Under the pieces are notes generated by a model. It worked only from the letters and a program-made list of their open reading frames with translations, had not been told where the DNA came from and ran no database searches. Below are positions 19,063-26,946 of a DNA stretch of 32,000 nt, in pieces. A program made the translations under genes and the position numbers. Within the stretch, counting starts at the first letter, position 1, and the number at the start of each line of letters is the position of its first letter. This DNA is from Cyclobacteriaceae bacterium. GTDB lineage: Bacteria > Bacteroidota > Bacteroidia > Cytophagales > Cyclobacteriaceae. The DNA is taken from contig JAEUUA010000009.1 in the NCBI GenBank assembly GCA_016787755.1, positions 21,263 through 53,262 on the forward strand. The letters are read 5' to 3'.

Positions 19063-19626
19063 TCAAATAGCAAGAAAAATTAAAAATACCAACACGCTAA
19101 AAATAAACCCAAACATAAATACCTGATACGCATAGGCCAGCAAGTTGTATTTGCGTTTCAATATTTTGCCTTGATTGTGCAAATCAATGGTCATGTGTTC
19201 ATATAAATCTTCATCCGAGTCAAGCAAGGTTTTCATTTTCTCCAGATAATCCTGTTGGCTGTGAAGTGATATCACGCCAAAAAAAAGTAAACTTGATTTT
19301 TGCATTTCACCGCCTTCAGCTTTCGCCTGAATTAATTTAGGGCGTGCCGCCTGAATGGCAAAAATTACAGAGACCAGGCAGGAGAGAATGATCATTACGA
19401 TGGGAACCATCACACTGGCTTCATAGGTATCGATTTTACCGGCCACCGCACCGTACCCCGTAATGGCAATGATGGAAGAGATAATCATGGTGTTGATGCT
19501 GATAATGATGTTGGCCTTATTATCAGCCATTTGAATCAGGTTGCTTTGGTTTTGATAGGCAGAGCGAAACAAGGTTTCTCGTCCTCTGCCCGGTTTCTTC
19601 TTTTTCTTAGGTGGCTTTACTTCCAT
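19063..19626 (-). CDS. DUF5706 / PycTM-like (Pycsar-effector-family) two-TM membrane protein
   Basis: Lys-rich N-terminus, then MADNKANIIISINTMIISSII (the ADxKA motif), two TM helices and a C-terminal KRKYNLLAYAY + TM. This arrangement recalls the Pfam PycTM/DUF5706 family. The CDS call is strong. The family assignment is from memory. Confidence 0.55.
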   Translation of the reverse strand: MEVKPPKKKKKPGRGRETLFRSAYQNQSNLIQMADNKANIIISINTMIISSIIAITGYGAVAGKIDTYEASVMVPIVMIILSCLVSVIFAIQAARPKLIQAKAEGGEMQKSSLLFFGVISLHSQQDYLEKMKTLLDSDEDLYEHMTIDLHNQGKILKRKYNLLAYAYQVFMFGFIFSVLVFLIFLAI

Positions 19627-19665
19627 AAAACTAAAAGTAGTTTATTTTATTTAGATTCTTCTCAA
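19610..19665. repeat. Direct repeat copy A (covers the start codon and 5' leader of the PycTM-like gene)
   Basis: GGTGGCTTTACTTCCATAAAACTAAAAGTA... recurs 227 nt away at 19837. Confidence 0.85.
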
Positions 19666-19785
19666 GTTAATAAACTATCCATGTCGCTGGTCTGGTTACG
19701 AGCACAATCCCCGTCAACAACTTATACTCATCGCACAGAGTTCTCGAAAAGAGTAACTCTGCAAAGAAAAAAATCTATATTATGA

Positions 19786-19809
19786 GTTGCGGGTCAGGCG
19801 ACCCGCAAC
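19786..19809. repeat. Perfect 10-bp-stem palindrome GTTGCGGGTC-AGGC-GACCCGCAAC
   Basis: Read directly from the sequence. Related copies are at 21702-21720 and 30165-30189. Confidence 0.8.
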
Positions 19810-19836
19810 AACTATTTTTGACCAACAACAACTTGG

Positions 19837-19888
19837 GGTGGCTTTACTTCCATAAAACTAAAAGTAACTTATTTTTAGATTCTCTTAA
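19837..19888. repeat. Direct repeat copy B (orphan duplicate of the PycTM-like gene 5' end)
   Basis: The first 30 nt are identical to copy A, and the remainder matches with small indels. On the minus strand it retains ATG GAA GTA AAG CCA CC and then reaches a stop after 13 codons. Confidence 0.85.
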
Positions 19889-20010
19889 AATAGGCCATCG
19901 GAAATGCTTTTTGAAAACGTGCAACTCCTTGCGCACTGCTACTCCTTGTGTGGAAAAAGATTCACATGCATAGGCAGAATCATCTTGTATAACTTCAATT
20001 AAGGTTGGTA

Positions 20011-20018
20011 TAATTTTG
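20011..20018 (+). promoter_or_regulatory. Candidate Bacteroidota -7 promoter box (TAnnTTTG)
   Basis: TAATTTTG lies 33 nt upstream of the ATG at 20051. This is a motif match only. Confidence 0.3.
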
Positions 20019-20050
20019 ATTCGTATCAGTAAAAATTACCAACTAAAATT

Positions 20051-20614
20051 ATGAAACTCACACATATCCTAAAAGCCATCGCTCTGACTGTTATTTTAGC
20101 TTCCTGCCAACCCAGTGCTCAAGAAGATGATAGCTCGGAAATTGCCAAAGAACACAATGATCTGGTTATTACGGACAGAGACAATGTGAAAGATGCAGAC
20201 TTTATAGTTGATGCAGTGGCTGCAAATCTTTCCGAAATTAATCTTGCGAAGTTGGCTTTGACCAAGTCGACCGACAGCGAAGTGAAGAAAATTGCGGGTA
20301 TGTTGGAAGAAGATCACACTAAGGTATTAAGCAGTTTGAAAGGATACGCTGCAACAAAAGGCTACAGTACGCCCACAACGGAGACACCTGCTGCAACAGA
20401 AGTCAGAAATAACCTCGCTGAAAAAGATGGGAAAGATTTCAATAAAAAGTGGTGTGAAAAGATGCAAGACAATCATAATAGAAGTATCCGTTCATTTGAA
20501 TCAAGAATGAACAAAACAGAAGATGTAGCCTTAAAAGATTTGCTAGCGCGAACACTCCCTGATTTGAAAAATCATTTAGCCATGCTAAAGAAGCATGAAG
20601 ACAGCTCTAAATAA
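20051..20614 (+). CDS. DUF4142-domain lipoprotein
   Basis: Lipoprotein signal (ILASC). DADFIVDAVAANLSEINLAKLALTKSTDSEVKKIAGMLEEDHTK is typical of DUF4142 (ferritin-like). Confidence 0.75.
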   Translation: MKLTHILKAIALTVILASCQPSAQEDDSSEIAKEHNDLVITDRDNVKDADFIVDAVAANLSEINLAKLALTKSTDSEVKKIAGMLEEDHTKVLSSLKGYAATKGYSTPTTETPAATEVRNNLAEKDGKDFNKKWCEKMQDNHNRSIRSFESRMNKTEDVALKDLLARTLPDLKNHLAMLKKHEDSSK

Positions 20615-20676
20615 ATTATTAATGACGGTCAACAAATCATTGGTGACCCGTATTGATCACACTTAAAATAAAAATC

Positions 20677-21042
20677 ATGGACACCCTTGAAAACGACTCA
20701 ACGCAAAACATGAAGACACTTTCTGAATGCATAAATGATGCTGTTAAGAAAGGATATACTGAAAACTTTGAGATTTCAGGAAAGAAAATGATCACCGAAG
20801 ATAAAAAATCTTCGTTCACTCCTGAGAATACAGTTATTTCAGACTTTTTCAGGTTTGAAGGAAATTCCGATCCCCAAGACAATGCCGTTCTCTATCTTAT
20901 TGACACTAACGATGGAAAAAAAGGAATTCTCATTGATGCCTATGGCACCTATGCTGATGCAGATATTTCCAGTTTCATAGTCGAAGTGGAAGAAATCCAA
21001 AAGAAAACTCCTGTGGTGAGAAATCAAGGTTTAGTTTTTTAA
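20677..21042 (+). CDS. Conserved small protein of unknown function
   Basis: The blocks FRFEGNSDPQDNAVLYLIDTNDGKKGILIDAYGTYAD and FIVEVEEIQKK match a ~110-120-aa Bacteroidota family that I recall being mislabelled 'phosphoribosylpyrophosphate synthetase'. The ATG at 20677 is preferred to the TTG at 20653. Confidence 0.65.
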   Translation: MDTLENDSTQNMKTLSECINDAVKKGYTENFEISGKKMITEDKKSSFTPENTVISDFFRFEGNSDPQDNAVLYLIDTNDGKKGILIDAYGTYADADISSFIVEVEEIQKKTPVVRNQGLVF

Positions 21043-21487
21043 AAGACCAAAGACAGGCCTACTTCCAAACGGTGTCTCCTGCCTCGGTGACTCTTCGCAT
21101 TCCTGACTTATTTCTCTTTATCGTTTTACTTACTAAACTTATTATATAATTCACGCTTCATTTTATTCAGGGCTGTCTTTCACGTTACGCGGAGTCCCTC
21201 CTCGCGCTCATTCCATTACTCCTGGAGACTCCTCTAGGAAAGAGAAAACTCCTGTGGTGAGAAATCAAGGTTAGTTTTTTAAAAGACCAAAGACAGGCCT
21301 ACTTCCAAACGGTGTCTCCTGCCTCGGTGACTCTTCGCATTCCTGACTTATTTCTTTTTATCGCTTTACTTACTAAACTTATTTTATAATTCACTCTTCA
21401 TTTTATTCCGGGCTGTCTTTCACGTTACGCGGAGTCCCTCCTCACGCTCATTCCATTACTCCTGGAGACTCCGCTAGGAAAGAGAAA
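21003..21487 (+). repeat. Two-copy tandem duplication, period 241/240 bp
   Basis: Copy 1 is 21003-21243 and copy 2 is 21244-21487. By hand alignment they differ by 7 substitutions and one 1-nt indel. Copy 1 includes the last 13 codons and the stop of the preceding CDS. Confidence 0.9.
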
Positions 21488-21932
21488 GGGGTGAATCTCT
21501 CAAGATAATAGTTATCAAAGTTGAGTGCCATTATGTAACCTACTCACTTTACCAATAGGCAAGATTCATCACTGTTACTTTGCTTTGTACTTTTTTGCCG
21601 CCCGCATGCTCACGCACCCCGCCCTTCGTTCAAGCCATCGCTCTCATAATTCCAAACTAAGATTATATTATAAATCTATCCTAATTCTTGCGCCTTCGTT
21701 CTTGTTGGTCGCCTGACCACCATTTTCACACAATCTCTAAATATTCTGGCCATTTGAGATTGATCTATTGAGGCTGTCAAAGGTGCGGGCAAGGCGTCTT
21801 GACACCTAAGATTTATCAATACTCTTACGCCAGCTCACAGTTCGTCAAGCATTTGTTACAGGTGGTCAAAGATTCAAAAACGTGTCGAGTGTTTGTGCGT
21901 ATTTAACATCAAAAATAATTAAACACAAAACT

Positions 21933-22385
21933 ATGAAAACACTTAAAGTATTATCCGGAATTGCTTTGGTTGCCATGCTGGCTTCATTCGCACCCATTGG
22001 TGGCGATGGATTTACACTGCGCGTAAACAACAAATTGGTAATTGAACATTACTTTACCTCCAAAGCGGTAACACCTCACGTTTCGTTAGGTGTTTTTTCA
22101 AGCAAGGATGCTGTTTCAATATCCTATAGCGAATGTGGTACAGTTGGAAAAAACCGAAAGCTGGCATTGAAAGACCAGGCCGGCAATGTATTGAAAGAAT
22201 GGAAGTTCTCAGACACCGATGGTTTGAACTCTGGAATGGTCATTCCAGGAAGCGAGATTATGGCATTCAAAAAGACAGATCGTAAAACTTTTACTATTAC
22301 CTACACTTCCCAGGTAGTTTCTACGGGTCGGTTGCTAGCCGAACTTGTGTTAGAGAATGAAGCGCAAGTTACCAGCAAGAAATAA
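21933..22385 (+). CDS. Secreted hypothetical protein (~150 aa)
   Basis: The ATG at 21933 gives MKTLKVLSGIALVAMLASFA, a signal peptide, with a beta-rich remainder. I recognise no family. Confidence 0.6.
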   Translation: MKTLKVLSGIALVAMLASFAPIGGDGFTLRVNNKLVIEHYFTSKAVTPHVSLGVFSSKDAVSISYSECGTVGKNRKLALKDQAGNVLKEWKFSDTDGLNSGMVIPGSEIMAFKKTDRKTFTITYTSQVVSTGRLLAELVLENEAQVTSKK

Positions 22386-22400
22386 TAGTAAACCGGTTAG

Positions 22401-22432
22401 GTCGTCTGACCACTTGAAGTGGTCTTGACGAC
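22401..22432. repeat. 32-nt nested palindrome GTCGTCTGACCACTTGAAGTGGTCTTGACGAC (copy 1)
   Basis: Identical to 26901-26932. It lies 15 nt after the stop of the 21933..22385 CDS and could be a terminator or REP-like element. Confidence 0.85.
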
Positions 22433-22642
22433 TTGCCGGACTTGCTAGTCTGTCAATACCTTACTGCCAAACATTAAGTAAGAAGCTAATTCTTTTTTTC
22501 CACCCCCTGACCCCCGCCTGCGGGGGATAGTTTTAGACTATGGATGAATAGAAGTTATGGCGATTACCTTCTACACTTCTTCTGTCGAGTATCGTCTCCG
22601 CTTTCGGGATGATGCATGACACTTGACGACTTGCTGGTTTTG

Positions 22643-23623
22643 CTATTTGGCTGCTTTAAATTTTACGACTGAATTTGAAAGCGGGGTTACCGTTTTTAGG
22701 TACGCATAAATTGCTTCAAGATCTTCGGACTTCATTTGTCCGTACATTGTCCAGGGCATTATCGTATTGAATTCACCAACTGCAACTGGCTCGACAACAT
22801 ACGTAGAATCGGCATACGCTTTAAACCGCTGAACAAATAATTCTTTGGTCCAGGAGCCAATTCCGGTTTCTTTATCTGGAGTGATATTAGCTGATGTTAC
22901 TACCGATCCATCCGGAAACTGAAACTCGCGGCCCCCGCCAAACCTGACTTCAGGAATAATTCGTCCTTTGTCTACTTGCGTATGACACTCCACACATCCG
23001 GCTGCATTGGTAAGATAAGCACCATAGGCCAGCAGATCCGTTTTTGGCGGCAGTGTGCCATTTGCTGCTTTCTGTGGAATCGTATTAAGGATGAAGTTCA
23101 TGGGAAAGTCAGGCCTGGAATCGGGTACTGCATTTTCCCTGGCCGGAATAGAACGTACGTATGAAATAATACTGTAGATATCTTCTTTGTCCATACGGCC
23201 ATAGTATGGATAGGGCATCAGTGGAAACATGGCGCGGCCTTCTTTTGTAACTCCGGTTGTAATCACCCGAAATAATTCACCATCTGTGTAGCGCTGAATT
23301 CCTGCAGGCGTAATATTCCTGGCATAAAACACTCCGGGCAAACCCATACTTTGATCGAACACATCACCCCCCATACCCAACGTACCTTCCGTTAAGGGTC
23401 CTGAAAACTTTGACCAATCACGTTTTGAATGACAGTCCATACACACTGTAACCGTATGGGCAAGGTAACGGCCACGTTCTATCCGTTCTGTAGTGTAATC
23501 AATCTTAAGGTCTTCGGGTTCGCCCACATTGGGGAGCGCGAGTTTTACATAACTGAGCACCCCCGCTAATACCAGCAGGACAAATGCAAGCAGATATCCG
23601 ACATACTTCAGGATAGTTTTCAT
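22643..23623 (-). CDS. Membrane-anchored di-haem c-type cytochrome
   Basis: Two CxxCH motifs (CMDCH, CVECH) and an N-terminal TM anchor, MKTILKYVGYLLAFVLLVLAGVL. Confidence 0.85.
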   Translation of the reverse strand: MKTILKYVGYLLAFVLLVLAGVLSYVKLALPNVGEPEDLKIDYTTERIERGRYLAHTVTVCMDCHSKRDWSKFSGPLTEGTLGMGGDVFDQSMGLPGVFYARNITPAGIQRYTDGELFRVITTGVTKEGRAMFPLMPYPYYGRMDKEDIYSIISYVRSIPARENAVPDSRPDFPMNFILNTIPQKAANGTLPPKTDLLAYGAYLTNAAGCVECHTQVDKGRIIPEVRFGGGREFQFPDGSVVTSANITPDKETGIGSWTKELFVQRFKAYADSTYVVEPVAVGEFNTIMPWTMYGQMKSEDLEAIYAYLKTVTPLSNSVVKFKAAK

Positions 23624-23711
23624 AATGAGGGTTTAAGTTTTTGAGATGACTAAGATAGTAAAAAGCGAAATTATTTGCTAAAGGAAGTATTCCGTAGTGC
23701 ATAACTCACTG

Positions 23712-24305
23712 CCCCTGCCCGTGTTGGTGTTCTTTACCAACACGTTTCTTATAACCTCCAATAAGAAAGCCGTTCTGTTTGGGGGATCCTTCTCCGCCAG
23801 CTGGCGGATAAGGATTGGACCAAAGTTGGGGGGTTCTTCCCTACTCTTTGGTGCGTGACTCACGAAACACTTTTATTAAATCACTAACCGTAGATTCCAA
23901 GTCGCGCTAAAAATTGAAACGCAATCCTGAGCGGCCAGCTTGTCATTCGTATAGGATGCTTGCATGAAGACATAGCCTAATAGTTGACCGAAGTATACTA
24001 GAGCGAAGGATCCCCAATAAGAAAGCCGTTACCTGTTTGGGGGATCCTTCTCCGCCAGCTGGCGGATCAGGATTGGACTAAGGTTGGGGGGTTCTTCCCC
24101 GTGGGTATACAAAAAATTGGAACGCAATCCTGAGCGGCCAGCTTGTGCCATCGTATATCATGCTTGCATGAAGACATAACCTAATAGTTGACCGAAGTAT
24201 ACTAGAGTGAAGGATCCCCAATAGGAAAGCCGTTGCCTGTTTGGGGATCCTTCTCCGCCAGCTGGCGATCAGGATTGGAATAAGGTTAGGGAACTTCTGC
24301 AATCG
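23712..24305 (+). repeat. Mosaic repeat array R1 (module a, then two b modules with d linkers)
   Basis: The a head CTGCCCGTGTTGGTG is at 23715. The b heads ATTG(A/G)AACGCAATCCTGAGCGGCCAGC are at 23913 and 24116. The sequence is near-identical to modules at 25.66-26.9 kb. Confidence 0.9.
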
Positions 24306-24444
24306 ATTATACTTCCGTGGTTCGGGTTATCAACAACCACTACCATTAAAATGATAATTTAACTACTGAGATGTTATAATAGAAGGCATGGATTCCTATG
24401 GGGCATCATCCTTCGCTTTGATTGTTTCATAAATAATCCAATAC

Positions 24445-25104
24445 CTAATTATAATTTCCCTGATCTGGTGTATAATGACTTTTATAAAAAAGGGTTGGCT
24501 CCATCAGAAAATATTGGTTGTTATATTTTTTTAAAAACTTACCAGCACTCACACTGAAAATTCCGCTCGACCAGGTGGCATCACACACATACGATTTTCC
24601 GTTAAGTTGAATAACATTCCATGAATGATTGACAGTGCCCAGAACGCTCCGATCAATACCAGTAGGTTTTGCATACCCATTCACAACCACGCACGTAAGC
24701 CCGGCATGAAATGCTAATTCCCGCACCAGGTAGGCGTAGCCGGTACAAATAGTTTTTCGCTCCTGAAGGAGCGTTTCAAAAACCATCTTGTTGAAGGTTT
24801 TATTCCAATAGGTGAGCTCTTCTCCTTTCAGGGTGGATCTATTCTTTTTATTAAGGATAAGTAGTTCATAGTCAGCCTCAATATTGCTGCACACCCATTT
24901 ATAGATCGCACGAAATTTTTCCTGATCCGTTGGCAGCGAGCTTGTTAATTTGTCGGATAAGGTTTTTATATCTATTAACGAGTGTGCAGCATAGCGATCT
25001 GCTATACTGTCTGCATCATGGAAATTCGTAGTCCTAAAATCACTGACTTGACCACGGACTGAGAAACAGTAAAAGACAAACAATATAAACCAGAAACGCT
25101 TCAT
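24445..25104 (-). CDS. Secreted transglutaminase-like (papain-fold) protein
   Basis: Signal peptide, with a Cys-His-Asp context typical of the transglutaminase-like core (CTGYAYLVRELAFHAG, VNHSWNVIQL, YVCDATWS). Confidence 0.8.
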   Translation of the reverse strand: MKRFWFILFVFYCFSVRGQVSDFRTTNFHDADSIADRYAAHSLIDIKTLSDKLTSSLPTDQEKFRAIYKWVCSNIEADYELLILNKKNRSTLKGEELTYWNKTFNKMVFETLLQERKTICTGYAYLVRELAFHAGLTCVVVNGYAKPTGIDRSVLGTVNHSWNVIQLNGKSYVCDATWSSGIFSVSAGKFLKKYNNQYFLMEPTLFYKSHYTPDQGNYN

Positions 25105-25120
25105 GGTACAAATTCACTCT

Positions 25121-25570
25121 CTAATTGTCAACCTTACCTTTGCGTACTTTTTTAAGTGGAACAGCCACTGTGGTGTTCTTGTTGCCTTCAACCAGTATTT
25201 CGTCAACCATTTGAATGGGATCAACTTCCATCGTAATCTCAATAAAGGCCACTGGCTGTTCAGGCACTGTGTATTCAATTGTTTTTAGTCCTAAAAAACT
25301 AAAGACTAGTACATCCCCACTTTTCACAGGACGTGGAAACGTAAACTCACCCTGGGCATCCGAAAAGGTACCTATTGATGAAAGGCTTTTCAGGTAGATG
25401 TTAGCTCCCGATACCGGCTGAAGATCATCAAAGTATTTTACTGTCCCGCGAATACCCTGGGTAGTTTGTGCGAATACATTGGCACTTAGGAAGGCCACGA
25501 ACAAAATTGCGAGAGCAGTTTTTACTGCATGTTGGCCAACAGGACTGTTGTTTTCATGTATTGTTTTCAT
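25121..25570 (-). CDS. Secreted stand-alone carboxypeptidase-regulatory-like (CarboxypepD_reg) domain protein
   Basis: Signal peptide ending in NVFAQ, then IRGTVKYFDDLQPVSGANIYLKSLSSIGTFSDAQGEFTF...GDVLVFSFLGLKT, as in the N-terminal extension of SusC-type receptors. It ends 16 nt upstream of the transglutaminase-like gene. Confidence 0.7.
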   Translation of the reverse strand: MKTIHENNSPVGQHAVKTALAILFVAFLSANVFAQTTQGIRGTVKYFDDLQPVSGANIYLKSLSSIGTFSDAQGEFTFPRPVKSGDVLVFSFLGLKTIEYTVPEQPVAFIEITMEVDPIQMVDEILVEGNKNTTVAVPLKKVRKGKVDN

Positions 25571-25654
25571 AAGAATAGTTGGTTAAGTTTCTTGTGTGAT
25601 GCAGGTGCTGGAAGAATTCCATAACTCATCGATAATTCTTTTAAAAGTATTTCA

Positions 25655-26900
25655 AGCCTCTGCCCGTGTTGGTGTGGCCCTGCCTATGTTGGTGTTCTTC
25701 ACCAACACGTTTCTTATAACCTCCAATAAGAAAGCCGTTCTGTTGGGGGGATTCTTCCCCGTGGGTATACAAAAAATTGAAACGCAATCCTGAGCGGCCA
25801 GCTTGTGCCATTCGTATAGGATGCTTGCATGAAGACATAACCCAATAGTTGACCGAAGTATACTAGAGCGAAGGATCTCCAATAAGAAAGCAGTCTTCTG
25901 TTTGGGGGGATCCTTCTCCGCCAGCTGGCGGATCAGGATTGGAGCAAGGTTAGGGAGATCCTTCGCTTCGTGGTTTCCTTCCAAAGAGAACAACTCTTCT
26001 ATAGATTCAACTGCTGACGAAACCCATTCATGGTTCGCACTGGATTGGACCAAGGTTGGGGGATTCTTCCCCCGTGGGTATACCCTGCCCGTGTTGGTGT
26101 TCTTCACCAACACGTTTCTTATAACCTCCAATAAGAAAGCCGTTCTGTTGGGGGGATTCTTCCCCGTGGGTATTCAATAAATTGGAACGCAATCCTGAGC
26201 GGCCAGCTTGTGCCATCGTATAGGATGCTTGCATGAAGACATAACCTAATAGTTGACCGAAGTATACTAGAGCGAAGGATCCCCAATAAGAAAGCAGTCT
26301 TCTGTTTGGGGGGATCCTTCTCCGCCAGCTGGCGGATCAGGATTGGAGCAAGGTTAGGGAGATCCTTCGCTTCGTGGTTTCCTTCCGAAGAGAACAATGC
26401 TTCTATAGATTCAACTGCTAACGAAACCCATTCATGGGTTCGCTCAGGATTGGACTAAGGTTGGGGGGGTTCTGCGATCGGTGACCCCTGCCCGTGTTGG
26501 TGTTCTTCACCAAAACGTTTCTTATAACCTCCAATAAGAAAGCCGTTCTGTTGGGGGGATTTTCCCCGTGGGTATACAAAAAATTGAAACGCAATCCTGA
26601 GCGGCCAGCTTGTGCCATTCGTATAGGATGCTTGCATGAAGACATAACCCAATAGTTGACCGAAGTATACTAGAGCGAAGGATCCCCTAATAAGAAAGCA
26701 GTCTTCTGTTTGGGGGGATCCTTCTCCGCCAGCTGGCGGATCAGGATTGGAGCAAGGTTAGGGAGATCCTTCGCTTCGTGGTTTCCTTCCGAAGAGAACA
26801 ACTCTTTTATAGATTCAACTGCTAATGAAACCCATTCATGGGTTCGCTCAGGATTGGACTAAGGTTGGGAGCTTCTGCGATCGGTGACAACGAAGGCAAA
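25655..26900 (+). repeat. Mosaic repeat array R2: three tandem composite units (a-b-c-d)
   Basis: Unit heads CTGCCCGTGTTGGTG are at 25660, 26085 and 26488, with spacing 425 and 403. The b heads are at 25776, 26181 and 26583. The c modules are at 25955-26050, 26359-26455 and 26763-26859. Confidence 0.95.
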
Positions 26901-26932
26901 AGTCGTCTGACCACTTGAAGTGGTCTTGACGA
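26901..26932. repeat. 32-nt nested palindrome GTCGTCTGACCACTTGAAGTGGTCTTGACGAC (copy 2)
   Basis: Identical to 22401-22432. It lies 14 nt beyond the stop of the minus-strand CDS 26947..27651. Confidence 0.85.
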
Positions 26933-26946
26933 CTAGCCAGGATTAC

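Noticed and set aside
15990-20676. Longer TTG-initiated versions of the KAS III (15990), cysE (17325) and small-protein (20653) ORFs given in the track; the same applies to the TerB-like ORF at 809.
   Set aside because: In-frame ATGs a few codons downstream give N-termini that match family norms. The TTG extensions add non-conserved residues.
475-20882. Many 60-155-aa ORFs antisense to or overlapping large genes (for example 475..696, 1932..2399, 4262..4456, 7075..7314, 8388..8708, 10819..11126, 12085..12695, 14578..14892, 14990..15313, 17463..17769, 20096..20317, 20637..20882).
   Set aside because: Each lies inside a longer ORF with a clear family assignment on the other strand or frame. 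Their composition is typical of shadow ORFs.
21003-21487. Diversity-generating retroelement (template/variable repeat pair at the 3' end of a gene).
   Set aside because: Only 40 nt overlap the CDS. The 7 substitutions are not adenine-specific, and there is no reverse transcriptase nearby.
21525-21716. 63-aa ORF in the long non-coding stretch after the tandem duplication.
   Set aside because: It has an unusual composition (His/Leu/Ser-rich), no start context, and it overlaps a palindrome-family copy. It is probably spurious.
23505-26652. ORF-track entries inside the repeat arrays (for example 23678..23863, 24078..24302, 25652..26131, 25902..26180, 26119..26397, 26418..26645).
   Set aside because: They are open on both strands over the same DNA. 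They repeat the same peptide strings (FLLEVIRNVLVKNTNTGRG, LHASILY...) because the DNA is repeated. They lack plausible starts or signal features and are built from hairpin arms. Most likely they are non-coding.
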